Origin: an uncultured Gammaproteobacteria bacterium
GTDB taxonomy: Bacteria > Patescibacteriota > Patescibacteriia > Magasanikbacterales > GWA2-37-8
Direction of reading: 5' to 3'
NCBI GenBank assembly: GCA_964510495.1
Contig: CAZECR010000001.1
Span: forward strand, 3,781-67,780
DNA: 64,000 nucleotides
Positions 19,247-29,262 of this stretch are shown here, piece after piece (position 1 is the stretch's first letter; every line of letters starts with the position of its first letter). Position numbers and translations under genes: made by a program. The notes under the pieces were generated by a model that was given only the letters and a program-made list of their open reading frames with translations, did no database searches and was not told the origin of the DNA.

Positions 19247-20989
19247 ATGCATAAAGAAGAACTCGACCACCTTCGTCATTCAGCGGCGCACCTTTTGGCT
19301 GCTGCAGTTTTAGAATTATGGCCTAAGGCTAAGCGTACTATTGGTCCGGCGATTGAAAACGGTTTTTATTATGATTTTGATTTCGGCGCTGAAAAAATTG
19401 TCGAAGAAGATTTAATTCGTCTCGAAGAAAAAATGCATGCGCTTGCGCCGACCTGGAAAGGGTTTGAACGTAAAGAAGTAAGTGCTGCAGAAGCGAAAGA
19501 GTTTTATAAAGATAATGAGTATAAACAAGAATTAATTAATGAATTTGCAGGTGAGGGGCAGACATTAACATTCTATACCTCGGGAAACTATGCTGATTTG
19601 TGTCGTGGGGGACATAGTGAAAATCCCAGCCGTGATTTGCAGCATTTTAAATTGCTATCGATCGCTGGAGCTTATTGGCGAGGGGACGAAAAAAATAAAA
19701 TGCTAACCCGTATTTATGGTACGGCCTGGCCAACTCAAGAGGAATTAACTGAGCATCTTAATCGTTTGGAAGAAGCAAAAAAGCGTGATCACCGTAAACT
19801 CGGTAAAGAGCTCGACCTGTTTGTTTTTTCAGATTTAATTGGTCCTGGTATGCCACTGTATACCCCGCGAGGGACAGCGGTCCGCAGTGAAATTATTCGT
19901 TTTTCACGCGAGCTTAATAGTCAGATTGGTTTCGAAGAAGTGCATACTCCCAATGTAAACAAAGCAGAACTCTTTAAGATTTCAGGTCACTATGACAAGT
20001 ACAAAGACGATATGTTTCGTGTTGTATCGCATTATTCTGAAGAAGAATTTTATCTGAAACCGATGAACTGCCCGCAGCACACTCAGATCTATGCTTCTAA
20101 AATGCGTAGCTACAAGGACCTGCCGCTTCGCTTCGCCGATTTTGCGAATTTGTATCGTGATGAACGACCAGGTGAATTATCGGGTCTTACGCGCTTACGT
20201 TGTTTCTCGCAGGATGATGGGCATTGTTTTTGTCGTGAAGACCAGATCGAAACTGAATTTAATGCTGTGCTCGGAGCAATCACCAAAGCGTTAACTACGT
20301 ATGGTCTTAAGTATTCTATTCGTTTGTCGCTCCGTGATCCTCATCAAAAAGAAAAGTATCTGGGTGATGATGCTACTTGGGAAAAGGCCCAGACAACCCT
20401 TACCAAACTTTTGGAAGAAAATAAGATTGATTTCCAAGCGGTAGAAGGGGAGGCGGCTTTCTATGGACCAAAAATGGATATTATGGCGACTGATTCGCTG
20501 GGTCGTGAATGGCAAGTTTCAACAGTACAGCTTGATCTTAATATGGCAGTGCGTTTTGACTTAACGTATGTAGACAGCGACGGTAGTCAGAAACACCCGG
20601 TTATGATTCACCGCGCTCTTATTGGTTCGCCAGAACGTTTTATGGGTATTTTGATCGAACATTATGGTGGTGCTTTTCCGCTCTGGCTAGCTCCAGTTCA
20701 ATTGGCGATTGTACCTGTTTCCTCTAAACACATCGAAGCAGCTAAAGCGTGTGCTCAAATATTTAAAGATTCTGGTATTAGAGTATCTGTCGATGAAGCC
20801 GATGAAACAGTTGGTAAAAAAGTTCGTACTAGCGCTGGACAAAAGAATCCTTACATTGTCGTTGTCGGTGACCGAGAAGCGGCGGGTGAAATCTGGACGA
20901 TTCGGGTCCGTGGGCAAGAAGAACAACTTAAAATGATGCAAGAAGATTTCAAACAGAAGCTTCTTCAAGAAATAGCTGCTCGTAGTTAA
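19247..20989 (+). CDS. thrS: Threonine--tRNA ligase (no TGS domain)
   Basis: RHSAAHLLA, DLCRGGH, RDHRKLG, KPMNCP, FYGPK, HRA..GS.ERF. Confidence 0.99.
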   Translation: MHKEELDHLRHSAAHLLAAAVLELWPKAKRTIGPAIENGFYYDFDFGAEKIVEEDLIRLEEKMHALAPTWKGFERKEVSAAEAKEFYKDNEYKQELINEFAGEGQTLTFYTSGNYADLCRGGHSENPSRDLQHFKLLSIAGAYWRGDEKNKMLTRIYGTAWPTQEELTEHLNRLEEAKKRDHRKLGKELDLFVFSDLIGPGMPLYTPRGTAVRSEIIRFSRELNSQIGFEEVHTPNVNKAELFKISGHYDKYKDDMFRVVSHYSEEEFYLKPMNCPQHTQIYASKMRSYKDLPLRFADFANLYRDERPGELSGLTRLRCFSQDDGHCFCREDQIETEFNAVLGAITKALTTYGLKYSIRLSLRDPHQKEKYLGDDATWEKAQTTLTKLLEENKIDFQAVEGEAAFYGPKMDIMATDSLGREWQVSTVQLDLNMAVRFDLTYVDSDGSQKHPVMIHRALIGSPERFMGILIEHYGGAFPLWLAPVQLAIVPVSSKHIEAAKACAQIFKDSGIRVSVDEADETVGKKVRTSAGQKNPYIVVVGDREAAGEIWTIRVRGQEEQLKMMQEDFKQKLLQEIAARS

Positions 20990-21017
20990 TTTCTAGGCTC
21001 TAACAGTTGCGACGTTT

Positions 21018-21962
21018 ATGGCAATTGAAAAATTACCGAAAATTATTGCACTTGCCGGTCCGACCGCTTCCGGAAAAACAGATCTTGGCATTCAACTTGC
21101 CAAGCGGTTTAATGGTGAAATTATTTCGGCTGATTCGCGTCAGATATATAAAAAAATGACGATCGCAACCGGTAAGCCCTTAGGGGTGTGGCAGGAGGTG
21201 GACGGAACATCCGCGTACGTGGTAGAAGGCGTGCCACATTACTTGATGGACTTGATTGACCCGGGGGAAGAATTTACACTTGCGCAGTTTAAAGAATCGG
21301 CACTGAGTGCGATTCGTCATATATTTCAGCGTGGCAAAGTCCCTCTTATCGTTGGTGGAACTGGGCTCTATTTGTGGTCACTCATCGATAATTTATCCCT
21401 CCCACCCGTTGCGCCAAATAAAAAATTACGTGATGGACTAGAAGGCAAAAGCTTGGTTGAGCTCGTTGAGCTCCTCCGTAATATAGATCCTAAATCCGCC
21501 CTTAAAGTTGACCTAAAAAATCAGCAGCGGGTTATCCGTGCTTTAGAAGTGGCAATTTTGACCGGTAATTCTTTTACCGAGCAGCAACTAAAGGGGGATC
21601 CTCTATTTGAGGTGCTGCAGCTTGGAATACGGCGCCCGCAGGGCGAGCTCAACGAACGCATTAATGAACGTATTAAGCGTCAATTTGAAGACGGTATTAT
21701 TGAAGAAACTAAAGATTTAATCAGGCAGCATTACCAGTGGAATTTATCCAGTATGAAGGGTATTGGTTACAAAGAAATTGATCATTATTTGCGCGGGGAA
21801 CTCAGTCTCAAAGAAGTGCGGGAGAAAATTCAAGGAGCAACACGCCGGTATGCCAAACGACAACTAACGTGGTTTAAGCGCGATGATCGAATTATGTGGC
21901 TGCCGCCTGAAAATTTTGACGCGGCAGCCAGATTAATTAGTGATTTTTTAGCTGAAGAGTAA
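21018..21962 (+). CDS. miaA: tRNA dimethylallyltransferase
   Basis: GPTASGKT, SADSRQIY, VGGTGLY, RVIRALEV, YAKRQLTWF. Confidence 0.97.
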   Translation: MAIEKLPKIIALAGPTASGKTDLGIQLAKRFNGEIISADSRQIYKKMTIATGKPLGVWQEVDGTSAYVVEGVPHYLMDLIDPGEEFTLAQFKESALSAIRHIFQRGKVPLIVGGTGLYLWSLIDNLSLPPVAPNKKLRDGLEGKSLVELVELLRNIDPKSALKVDLKNQQRVIRALEVAILTGNSFTEQQLKGDPLFEVLQLGIRRPQGELNERINERIKRQFEDGIIEETKDLIRQHYQWNLSSMKGIGYKEIDHYLRGELSLKEVREKIQGATRRYAKRQLTWFKRDDRIMWLPPENFDAAARLISDFLAEE

Positions 21963-21968
21963 TTATTT

Positions 21969-23870
21969 CTATTGTGCTTTCAGCGGAATCTCATTGCCCG
22001 TAAGCTGAAGTGTTTCTCCGGTAACGGTGTCTTCGGCGGTGATAGTCACTTTTGAAATTAAAGTATTTTGAGTAGGGTTTTTGCTACCCAGTGTTACGGT
22101 AAAGGGCCAGGCCAATACATCGACGCTCTCCGGCATCTCTGGAATAGTCCAGGTAAGTTTTTTGGTAGTGGTGTCAAAAGTCGCAGTTCCAGCTGGAACA
22201 GTAGAAGTGCTTATTGCTCCAACACTGCCAAAAACTGTTGCGCTGAGGACTATGTTTTTGAGCGGATGGACAGTGTTATTGATAATCCAATTAATAGCGT
22301 GCTCCTCCTGTCCGCCTTGGGTGGTCGAGGTGTCGCGAGCTTCAAAACTAAGATCGGAGTTTATGGTTACATTGATGGGAGAAGCCGAGGCAGTTTTTTG
22401 AGCTCCGCTTACATCCGTGTAAAGTACCGTAGCTAAACTAGTGATTTTGGATTCAGTAAAGTTTTTGAGATCAATATCGTCATTAGTTTTGAGGGGAAGT
22501 TGGATGTCGATATTTAATTCCTGCCCAGCCTTAAGCGTGGCAAGTTCTGGTATTTTTTTCTTAGTCCAGCTAATTTGGCCGTGGCGGAGTGCCTCACTAA
22601 TTTGTTCTCCTTTTATGTCGCCGTCGTATTTGTCAGTAATTGCGGACCATTTAAGAATACTTTGGTTTTTATACGATGGCCCATCTATAGCAAGAAGCGC
22701 AGAAACATCTTTAATATCGCTGGTGCTGGTATTCTTAATACGCACGGTAAAGTTAAGTGTGTTACCGGGTGTTACAGACTGATTATCGAGCTTGCCGTTT
22801 ATAGCAACGCTTACCAGCGTGCCAGTTTTTACAATAGTGCTTTCGACACCACTATCAACAATTTTATACAGCTCTCCTGTTCCAGGAGTTACGATAGAAA
22901 GATTCGCCCTGATTGGGAAAGTACCACCTTCTTCATCGTTCAAGGTGCCTCGAATAACAAATGTGCGTGGTGATGCATTTGTTAGGGTCGAGGAAGCAGT
23001 ATTTTTAATTATCCACTGCTTACCATCACTCAGTGCAGGAGTTGTGGAAGCGATGGCAAAATTCGCTGGTAAGACAGGGGTTAGACGCAATTCAGAAAAA
23101 CCGGCAGAAGTATTGTTTTTAACAACAAATGTAAATTCAGTTTGACTACCAGGGCTAATTTTATCAGCTGCTTGGATAGCAACCGTAAAAGGCGAATTGG
23201 TTACGGTGGTTACCATATCAGCTGTTTTTTGAAGTGTTGAGTTGATATTTTTAGGCTGGTATTTAAGTGAGAGTCGGAGTGAGCCTGCTTGATTGATCGC
23301 CCCGTACGTTACCCCCGTGATAGTGATAGTGCCTTCGCTGTTAGCCGGAATCGTACCAATTGCTGCCTCATTATGAGTAGCATTACCCAGTGTGACAGAG
23401 CTGCTATTGTAAATAAAGCCAGCCGGGTACCAAATGTCAAGAGTGGCATTTGTGATGTCGGTATCCTGATTATTAGTATAGGTAATTTTATAGGTCGTTG
23501 TGGCACCGAGAGTAACCGCATCAGGTCCTTCGATGCTGAGAGAAACTTGGTTGTCCTGGCCTCTTCCACTATTTGGTACTACAAAAAAGCCGATCCATGC
23601 GGCAAACGCCATGAGCGAGCCGATTATTAAAACAACCATAATGAAACCAAGCACAGGATGCCTTTTTTTGATATCAATTTTTTTCATATCAGGCATGCGA
23701 CCGTTTTCATTTTGGTAAATAGAAGCAAGGCCGCTATCAATCCTTTGTTCAGCTTCGCTTGGAAGTGCTTTTTTGCGCGATACTAATTTTTTAGTACGCA
23801 ACTGGGGTTTTTTGCGTGGTGTCGTTTCTTCTTCGGGTGATTGGTCGTCAATTTCGTGAGGCATAAGCAA
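21969..23870 (-). CDS. Membrane-anchored surface protein with repeated Ig-like (DUF11-like) domains
   Basis: One TM followed by Thr/Ser-rich beta domains (YKITYTN, FTFVVKN, FTVRIKN). Confidence 0.75.
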   Translation of the reverse strand: MLMPHEIDDQSPEEETTPRKKPQLRTKKLVSRKKALPSEAEQRIDSGLASIYQNENGRMPDMKKIDIKKRHPVLGFIMVVLIIGSLMAFAAWIGFFVVPNSGRGQDNQVSLSIEGPDAVTLGATTTYKITYTNNQDTDITNATLDIWYPAGFIYNSSSVTLGNATHNEAAIGTIPANSEGTITITGVTYGAINQAGSLRLSLKYQPKNINSTLQKTADMVTTVTNSPFTVAIQAADKISPGSQTEFTFVVKNNTSAGFSELRLTPVLPANFAIASTTPALSDGKQWIIKNTASSTLTNASPRTFVIRGTLNDEEGGTFPIRANLSIVTPGTGELYKIVDSGVESTIVKTGTLVSVAINGKLDNQSVTPGNTLNFTVRIKNTSTSDIKDVSALLAIDGPSYKNQSILKWSAITDKYDGDIKGEQISEALRHGQISWTKKKIPELATLKAGQELNIDIQLPLKTNDDIDLKNFTESKITSLATVLYTDVSGAQKTASASPINVTINSDLSFEARDTSTTQGGQEEHAINWIINNTVHPLKNIVLSATVFGSVGAISTSTVPAGTATFDTTTKKLTWTIPEMPESVDVLAWPFTVTLGSKNPTQNTLISKVTITAEDTVTGETLQLTGNEIPLKAQ

Positions 23871-23908
23871 AGAAAAAAAATCAAAAATACTTCAGTGTAT
23901 AAAATTGT

Positions 23909-26545
23909 TTAGTGGTTTTTACTCATAATAATACTCCAAATAGTATCGGTGGTAAGATTCGGGACAGTAATCTCGGCACCGTTCGTAGCCAAGTTTACTT
24001 CATCGCCACTTTTCCAGATTGGGTTCCAATCATTTGGGAAAATAATTTGGCTCGTGAATGAACTGATTGAACCGGATTGTCGTTGTACTACCAGGCTATA
24101 GTCTGCAATCGGAGCCTTGGGTGAAATAAGTTTAACTAAGAAATTACGAGTATCACCATCTGCTTTGGTAACAACCTTAAAAGGTAGACGATAGGTAAAT
24201 TGTACCTGGCTTGTTTGTCCAGCAGGAGTAATAACCCAATTACCAAAGGAGGTTTTGTTGAATTCGTTAATGACGTGGGTGCCGGAAGCGGAGTCAATAC
24301 TAACCAATTTTTCTTGTTCAGTTAAAAAACCATCTTTTTTGTACCAGCTTTCCGGAGCTCTGAAACTGGTGTCATCGGGCCAAGTAAAACCACCTGCCGA
24401 AAGCAGTGTACTTCCCTCAGGAACATACACGCGTAAATAATCGGTATTGGGCGCTCCATATAATTTTTCAGTAGCGTCCCCTTGGTGTGTGCGAGTAATA
24501 GTAACAGTGTCAACGACAGATCCGTCATCTTCGACAAGCGCTTGGTGCGTGATGGTTTGTTTAATTTCGGCATCACTTTTTTGACCTTGAATATTCGTGT
24601 TTACCACCATGAGATAATCTTGACCGTCATGCGTGGCGGTAATGTGACCGCCCCAGCCAAATGAAGTGATGCTTGCTTCGGTAGCCTTATCAGTAAAGTA
24701 GGCTTGAATGTCTTTTTCGTTAAGTGATTCGTGAATATTTTTGAGGAGTCCAAGCATGTTTGCTGAACTAAGTGTGCTGAGGCGGCTAATCAGTGTTGGG
24801 GCCAGGTCACTGAGAATCTGTTTTGGTTTATTAAGTTTTTTTTCAGGACCTTCTTCAACTACCTGTTGAATTGTCGTGAGTGCATTGTCTGCGGTAAGCG
24901 TGAGGCCGCGTTCGTCGTCAACAACGGGTCCAACAAGGTTAAGTAGTTTTTCAAGCACGGTCGCATTGACAGCGATAACGCCATCGAGGGTTACACCGCG
25001 ACTGTGGCGGTAAAACCAGAGCATTTTTTCACTGCTTGCACTAAAATCCGGAAACCAATTGGCATCTTGGAATTCCCAGCGTTTGTTGGTGAGGAGTAGT
25101 GGAGTAGGTGGTTCAACGAATTGATCAAGCTGCCCTTGAAGGTCATAGCTCCCTCCGGGAGGAATATCGAATTTGATAATCTGACCGTTTTTCACTTCAA
25201 CTATTGCAAAACTACCCAAAAAACCACCTGTCGGCCGAATTTCGGCCGGATTTTGAAAGGCGATAAGGTAGCGGCGTAAACCTTCTCCGCCAAATATTTC
25301 ATTAATAGGTTCTTCTAAACTGTTGATATTTTTGAGGTCATGTACAGTGGCAGCAAAAAGTGTTCGGAAATTGCTGAAAGTGTCTTGGTATTCGTTTGGT
25401 AAAACGCTCGGGTCTACTTGGTTTAAGTTTTCGACCGCATTTTCGTAATTAGGCAAGGCAGGTTTGAGCCCTTGTAAGAGTAGATTAATTTTAGTAAGTG
25501 GGGTAGTGCTCGCAGTGCCGGCGGCGGTAACGCTCGCGAGGAGGTAGCTGTTCCCAACGGTAATTTGTTGTCCGGCAATAAGTAATTTTTGGCGGCTGGT
25601 AATTTGATCGCTCACAACCGGAATGGCGCTAACAATTGTTTCAAGCCACTGGTATTTTTGAAGTGTAGTTATAGCTGCGTCAAAGTGAGTGAGGGCGGTT
25701 TGCGTGGAATCGGTTGCGTCAATTAGGTTGGAAGCGAGGAGTTGGTGGGTTGAATCTTCGAGCGCTTTAAAACCGGCTGTGCTATTTTCAACCACGGCTA
25801 CTTTATTTTTTTGAAGCTCGACGTAATAACTGCGAGCCGGCAAGGGGATGATGCCGAGCAGTGTGATGATAAGCAGGGTAAAGGCCGTTGCCCGTTTGCT
25901 GGGTCCGTGGAGTACTAACTCGCGAGCGCTCCTCGCACAGTGGAGCGCTTTCTCTTCGAGTGTTCTGGTAAGGGCGATAATTTTTTGATCATACGTATTT
26001 TGCCAGCTGGAAATTCGTTCACGAAGTGGAAGCTTGTTTTTGGAAGGACTAACTTTTTTGATACGAAGAGTGGTTGTTTTTTTGATTTCAACGACAGGGG
26101 TGTGTGGACTTGGCACAGAGACTTCATTCAGCGCTCGGGATAACCCCGGCAGTGCGGCAGCGGGAGGAAATTTCAAGAGGCGTTTAGCGCTCGTGGCAAT
26201 AGCCTCTAATTTAAGAACCTCGACTCGTGAAGCCGGTGTTTCAGACTGAAGGGTTTTTTCTTGACGATAATGGTAGTTTGGGTTAGAAGATTTTTTGGGA
26301 GAGGCTGCTTCAATATGGTCCCAAAGCGATGAAGATTGTCGTTTTAGATTAATAATATGGGGCGATGCTGGTGGTTCGGTGGTTACATGGTGAACAAAAA
26401 AATGTACCTGAGTAGGAGCAGGAGCGTTTTCGGTTTTTTGCGGAGCGCGGCGGGTGTGTAATGAAGGACACGTAGACTTGTTGTGTCCAACTTTGGTACA
26501 CAGACCGCAGCGGCGTAGCTGAAGATGTTTGCTTTTTTTAGGCAT
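23909..26545 (-). CDS. DUF4012-domain membrane protein with N-terminal zinc knuckle
   Basis: YLIAFQNPAEIRPTGGFLGS, DANWFPDF, YLRVYVPEGS; N-terminal CGLCTKVGHNKSTC. Confidence 0.85.
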   Translation of the reverse strand: MPKKSKHLQLRRCGLCTKVGHNKSTCPSLHTRRAPQKTENAPAPTQVHFFVHHVTTEPPASPHIINLKRQSSSLWDHIEAASPKKSSNPNYHYRQEKTLQSETPASRVEVLKLEAIATSAKRLLKFPPAAALPGLSRALNEVSVPSPHTPVVEIKKTTTLRIKKVSPSKNKLPLRERISSWQNTYDQKIIALTRTLEEKALHCARSARELVLHGPSKRATAFTLLIITLLGIIPLPARSYYVELQKNKVAVVENSTAGFKALEDSTHQLLASNLIDATDSTQTALTHFDAAITTLQKYQWLETIVSAIPVVSDQITSRQKLLIAGQQITVGNSYLLASVTAAGTASTTPLTKINLLLQGLKPALPNYENAVENLNQVDPSVLPNEYQDTFSNFRTLFAATVHDLKNINSLEEPINEIFGGEGLRRYLIAFQNPAEIRPTGGFLGSFAIVEVKNGQIIKFDIPPGGSYDLQGQLDQFVEPPTPLLLTNKRWEFQDANWFPDFSASSEKMLWFYRHSRGVTLDGVIAVNATVLEKLLNLVGPVVDDERGLTLTADNALTTIQQVVEEGPEKKLNKPKQILSDLAPTLISRLSTLSSANMLGLLKNIHESLNEKDIQAYFTDKATEASITSFGWGGHITATHDGQDYLMVVNTNIQGQKSDAEIKQTITHQALVEDDGSVVDTVTITRTHQGDATEKLYGAPNTDYLRVYVPEGSTLLSAGGFTWPDDTSFRAPESWYKKDGFLTEQEKLVSIDSASGTHVINEFNKTSFGNWVITPAGQTSQVQFTYRLPFKVVTKADGDTRNFLVKLISPKAPIADYSLVVQRQSGSISSFTSQIIFPNDWNPIWKSGDEVNLATNGAEITVPNLTTDTIWSIIMSKNH

Positions 26546-26793
26546 GCCAAGTAACTAGAAAATCTAGACTGTAGTATACACTATTTTCAAGTCTTTCCCT
26601 AGCTAAAAATGGCTTATTTATCCACTGCTCGTTCTATGGAAGGTGAATACATTACTTGAAGTAAATTGTGCGTAGTTTGGGTGTCTAAAATTTTTAAAAA
26701 ATATCATGAACACTATTCGTATCCACCCTTTTTTGATCAACGATTGATCTTTTAGCTCTTTTGGCATATACTTACCGAATCTAATTTCTTCTT

Positions 26794-28005
26794 ATGCCGT
26801 ATCTTAGCCAAATTTTGGGAAGCCGTATAGAAGACGGTGCTGACAAATACGTTGGAAAATTAGCCGATCTTGTTGTTAGGCCTGCAGCAGGAGCCTATGC
26901 TTCTTTATTATTTTTGGCCGTTAAACAACCTGGAATAAAACAGTGTCGGTTTATTCCGTACAGTCATGTTGAAAACATGAGTCGGAGCCAGATTGACCTC
27001 AAAAGTTTGCAGGAAAAAATTCCAGCAGTAATGGCTCAAGATGATTGGGTGTATTTATCACGCGATGTTTTGGATCAGCAAATTGTTGACGTTGCTGGGG
27101 CACGTGTGGTTAGGGTCAACGACCTTAGAATAGGCCTCTTTGAAAATCAAATGTCTATTCTTGGTATTGATATTAGTTTTAAAGGATTGTTGCGACGTTT
27201 AGGTTTATCGTGGTTTGATTTCGGTGATTGGTTTAAGGTTAATTTAATTGATTGGCGTAAAACACAGCTCGTGAAAGGAGCTGTAAAATTAAGTACTGTT
27301 TCCAGCGAGCTAACAAGGTTGCACCCAGCAGATTTAGCCAATATTATTGAAGACTTGAGCATTAAGCAAGGTAGTACGCTTGTTGAATCGTTGGACGAAG
27401 CAACGGCGGCAAAAGTTATGGAAGAGATTGATCCTGAGTTGCAAAAGGCGCTGGTGCAGCGCCTCAGCCGCGAAGAGGCAGTTAAAATTATCGGTCAAAT
27501 GTCAATTGATGAAGTTGTTGACCTCTTAAAAATCTTACCCAAGGAGGACGCTCGGGTTTTTATCTCGCAGTTAAAGAATGTAAATCTTAAAAAGATTGAG
27601 AATTTAATTGAATACGAAGACGATACTGCCGGAGGTCTCATGACAACTGAATTTGTGACGGCAGCCATGGAGTGGAATGTTGAGCAGGCTATGGCAGAAG
27701 TGCGCCGCATGTCACCGCAGTTACGATCAATTTTGTATGTGTATGTAGTTGATGCGGAAGGATTCTTTAAAGGTGCTCTATCGCTCCGTCGTCTGCTCGT
27801 TGCTGAAAAAGAGACGGCCTTGCAAGATTTGGTTCAGGAATTCTCGGCTCAAGTAACCCTGCAATTAGACGATGAAATTAACCAGATAATTACTATTATG
27901 ACTAAGTACGACTTGTATTTTGCAGGCGTGCTTGATAAACGCGGAAAGTTACTTGGCGTCGTTTCGATTGATGACGTGATGCGTCAAATCGCACCTAAAG
28001 CCTAA
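26794..28005 (+). CDS. MgtE intracellular-domain / CBS / PRC-barrel protein
   Basis: DQQIVDVAGARVVRVND, LHPADLA, YEDDTAGGLMTTE, GVVSIDD. Confidence 0.9.
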   Translation: MPYLSQILGSRIEDGADKYVGKLADLVVRPAAGAYASLLFLAVKQPGIKQCRFIPYSHVENMSRSQIDLKSLQEKIPAVMAQDDWVYLSRDVLDQQIVDVAGARVVRVNDLRIGLFENQMSILGIDISFKGLLRRLGLSWFDFGDWFKVNLIDWRKTQLVKGAVKLSTVSSELTRLHPADLANIIEDLSIKQGSTLVESLDEATAAKVMEEIDPELQKALVQRLSREEAVKIIGQMSIDEVVDLLKILPKEDARVFISQLKNVNLKKIENLIEYEDDTAGGLMTTEFVTAAMEWNVEQAMAEVRRMSPQLRSILYVYVVDAEGFFKGALSLRRLLVAEKETALQDLVQEFSAQVTLQLDDEINQIITIMTKYDLYFAGVLDKRGKLLGVVSIDDVMRQIAPKA

Positions 28006-28008
28006 GGT

Positions 28009-29256
28009 ATGAAAAAAAGAATAAAAATGTTGTTTGCCAAAATTGCGGCCGTGTTTGCAGTTATTGGGCCAGGTATTATTGCGGCCAATGCCGATAATGA
28101 CGCTGGAGGTATTACTACCTACTCAGTAGTGGGCGCCCAGTTTGGTTTTAAGATGCTGTGGGTTTTATTTTTGTTGACCTTTGCGCTTGCGATTACCCAA
28201 GAAATGGGTGCGCGTATCGGACTTGTGACCCGGCAAGGTCTCGGTGGCGTCATTCGTGAAAACTTTGGTGTAAAGCTGACCGTGTTTGCGATGGTGGCTA
28301 TGCTTATTGCCAATATTGGGACAACAACGGCTGAATTTGCGGGTGTCGCTGCTTCGTTTTCGTTGTTTGGTGTTAGTAAATATATTGCGGTACCTGTTAT
28401 TGCCGTGCTCATTTGGATTATTTTATTCAAAGGCTCGTTCAAAACAACCCAAAAATTATTTTTAATTTTTTCGCTCCTCTACGTGGTGTATATTATTAAC
28501 GGGTTCATAATTCAGCCCGATTTTCACGCTGCTTTTCAGGCTATGGTACACCCGACACTCGAGTGGAATACGACCTATTTAATAACTGTTATCGCACTTA
28601 TTGGTACCACAATTACGCCGTGGGGGCAGTTTTTTATCCAGTCTTACGTTGTTGATAAGGGGCTTGATATAAAACACCTTAAGACCGAAAAAAAAGAAGT
28701 GTACTTTGGAGCGCTGCTTACCAATATTGTTAGTTTTTTTATTATCGTCAGTACCGCTGCTACGCTGTATAAATATGGTATTCATGTGACCGATGCAAGT
28801 GAAGCCGCCGCCGCTCTGCGTCCGCTGGCCGGAAATTTAGCTGAGCTCCTCTTTGGCGCCGGCCTCTTTGCTGCTTCGATGCTGGGGGCATTTATTCTAC
28901 CCGTTGCGACGGCGTATGCACTTTGCGAAGCGTTTGGGTGGGAGTCTGGTTTTGATACGAACTGGAAAACCGGGCGGATTTTTTATAGCATTATTTTATT
29001 CATGATTGCGGTGCCGAGTTTAATCGTATTAATCCCTGGCGTGTCGCTGGTTAAAGTCATGCTATTGTCGCAAGATATTAACGGAATACTTTTGCCGTTC
29101 ATTCTTATTTTTGTGATGAAAATTGTAAATAACAAGCGAGTGATGGGGGAGTATACGAATAAACCCCTTGGTAATATAATCGCCTGGATCACCATCGGGT
29201 CGCTCATTGCGGTAACGATCGCGCTCGTTGTTTCTTCTTTTTTGGGGTATACTTAA
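28009..29256 (+). CDS. NRAMP-family divalent metal transporter
   Basis: GPGIIAANADNDAGGITTYS, QEM.AR, GTTITPW, about 11 TMs. Confidence 0.92.
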   Translation: MKKRIKMLFAKIAAVFAVIGPGIIAANADNDAGGITTYSVVGAQFGFKMLWVLFLLTFALAITQEMGARIGLVTRQGLGGVIRENFGVKLTVFAMVAMLIANIGTTTAEFAGVAASFSLFGVSKYIAVPVIAVLIWIILFKGSFKTTQKLFLIFSLLYVVYIINGFIIQPDFHAAFQAMVHPTLEWNTTYLITVIALIGTTITPWGQFFIQSYVVDKGLDIKHLKTEKKEVYFGALLTNIVSFFIIVSTAATLYKYGIHVTDASEAAAALRPLAGNLAELLFGAGLFAASMLGAFILPVATAYALCEAFGWESGFDTNWKTGRIFYSIILFMIAVPSLIVLIPGVSLVKVMLLSQDINGILLPFILIFVMKIVNNKRVMGEYTNKPLGNIIAWITIGSLIAVTIALVVSSFLGYT

Positions 29257-29262
29257 GGGTAT

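Noticed and set aside
26546-26793. Mn/Mg riboswitch upstream of the MgtE-NRAMP genes
   Set aside because: No yybP-ykoY or M-box consensus recognisable; a likely -10 box lies close to the start codon.
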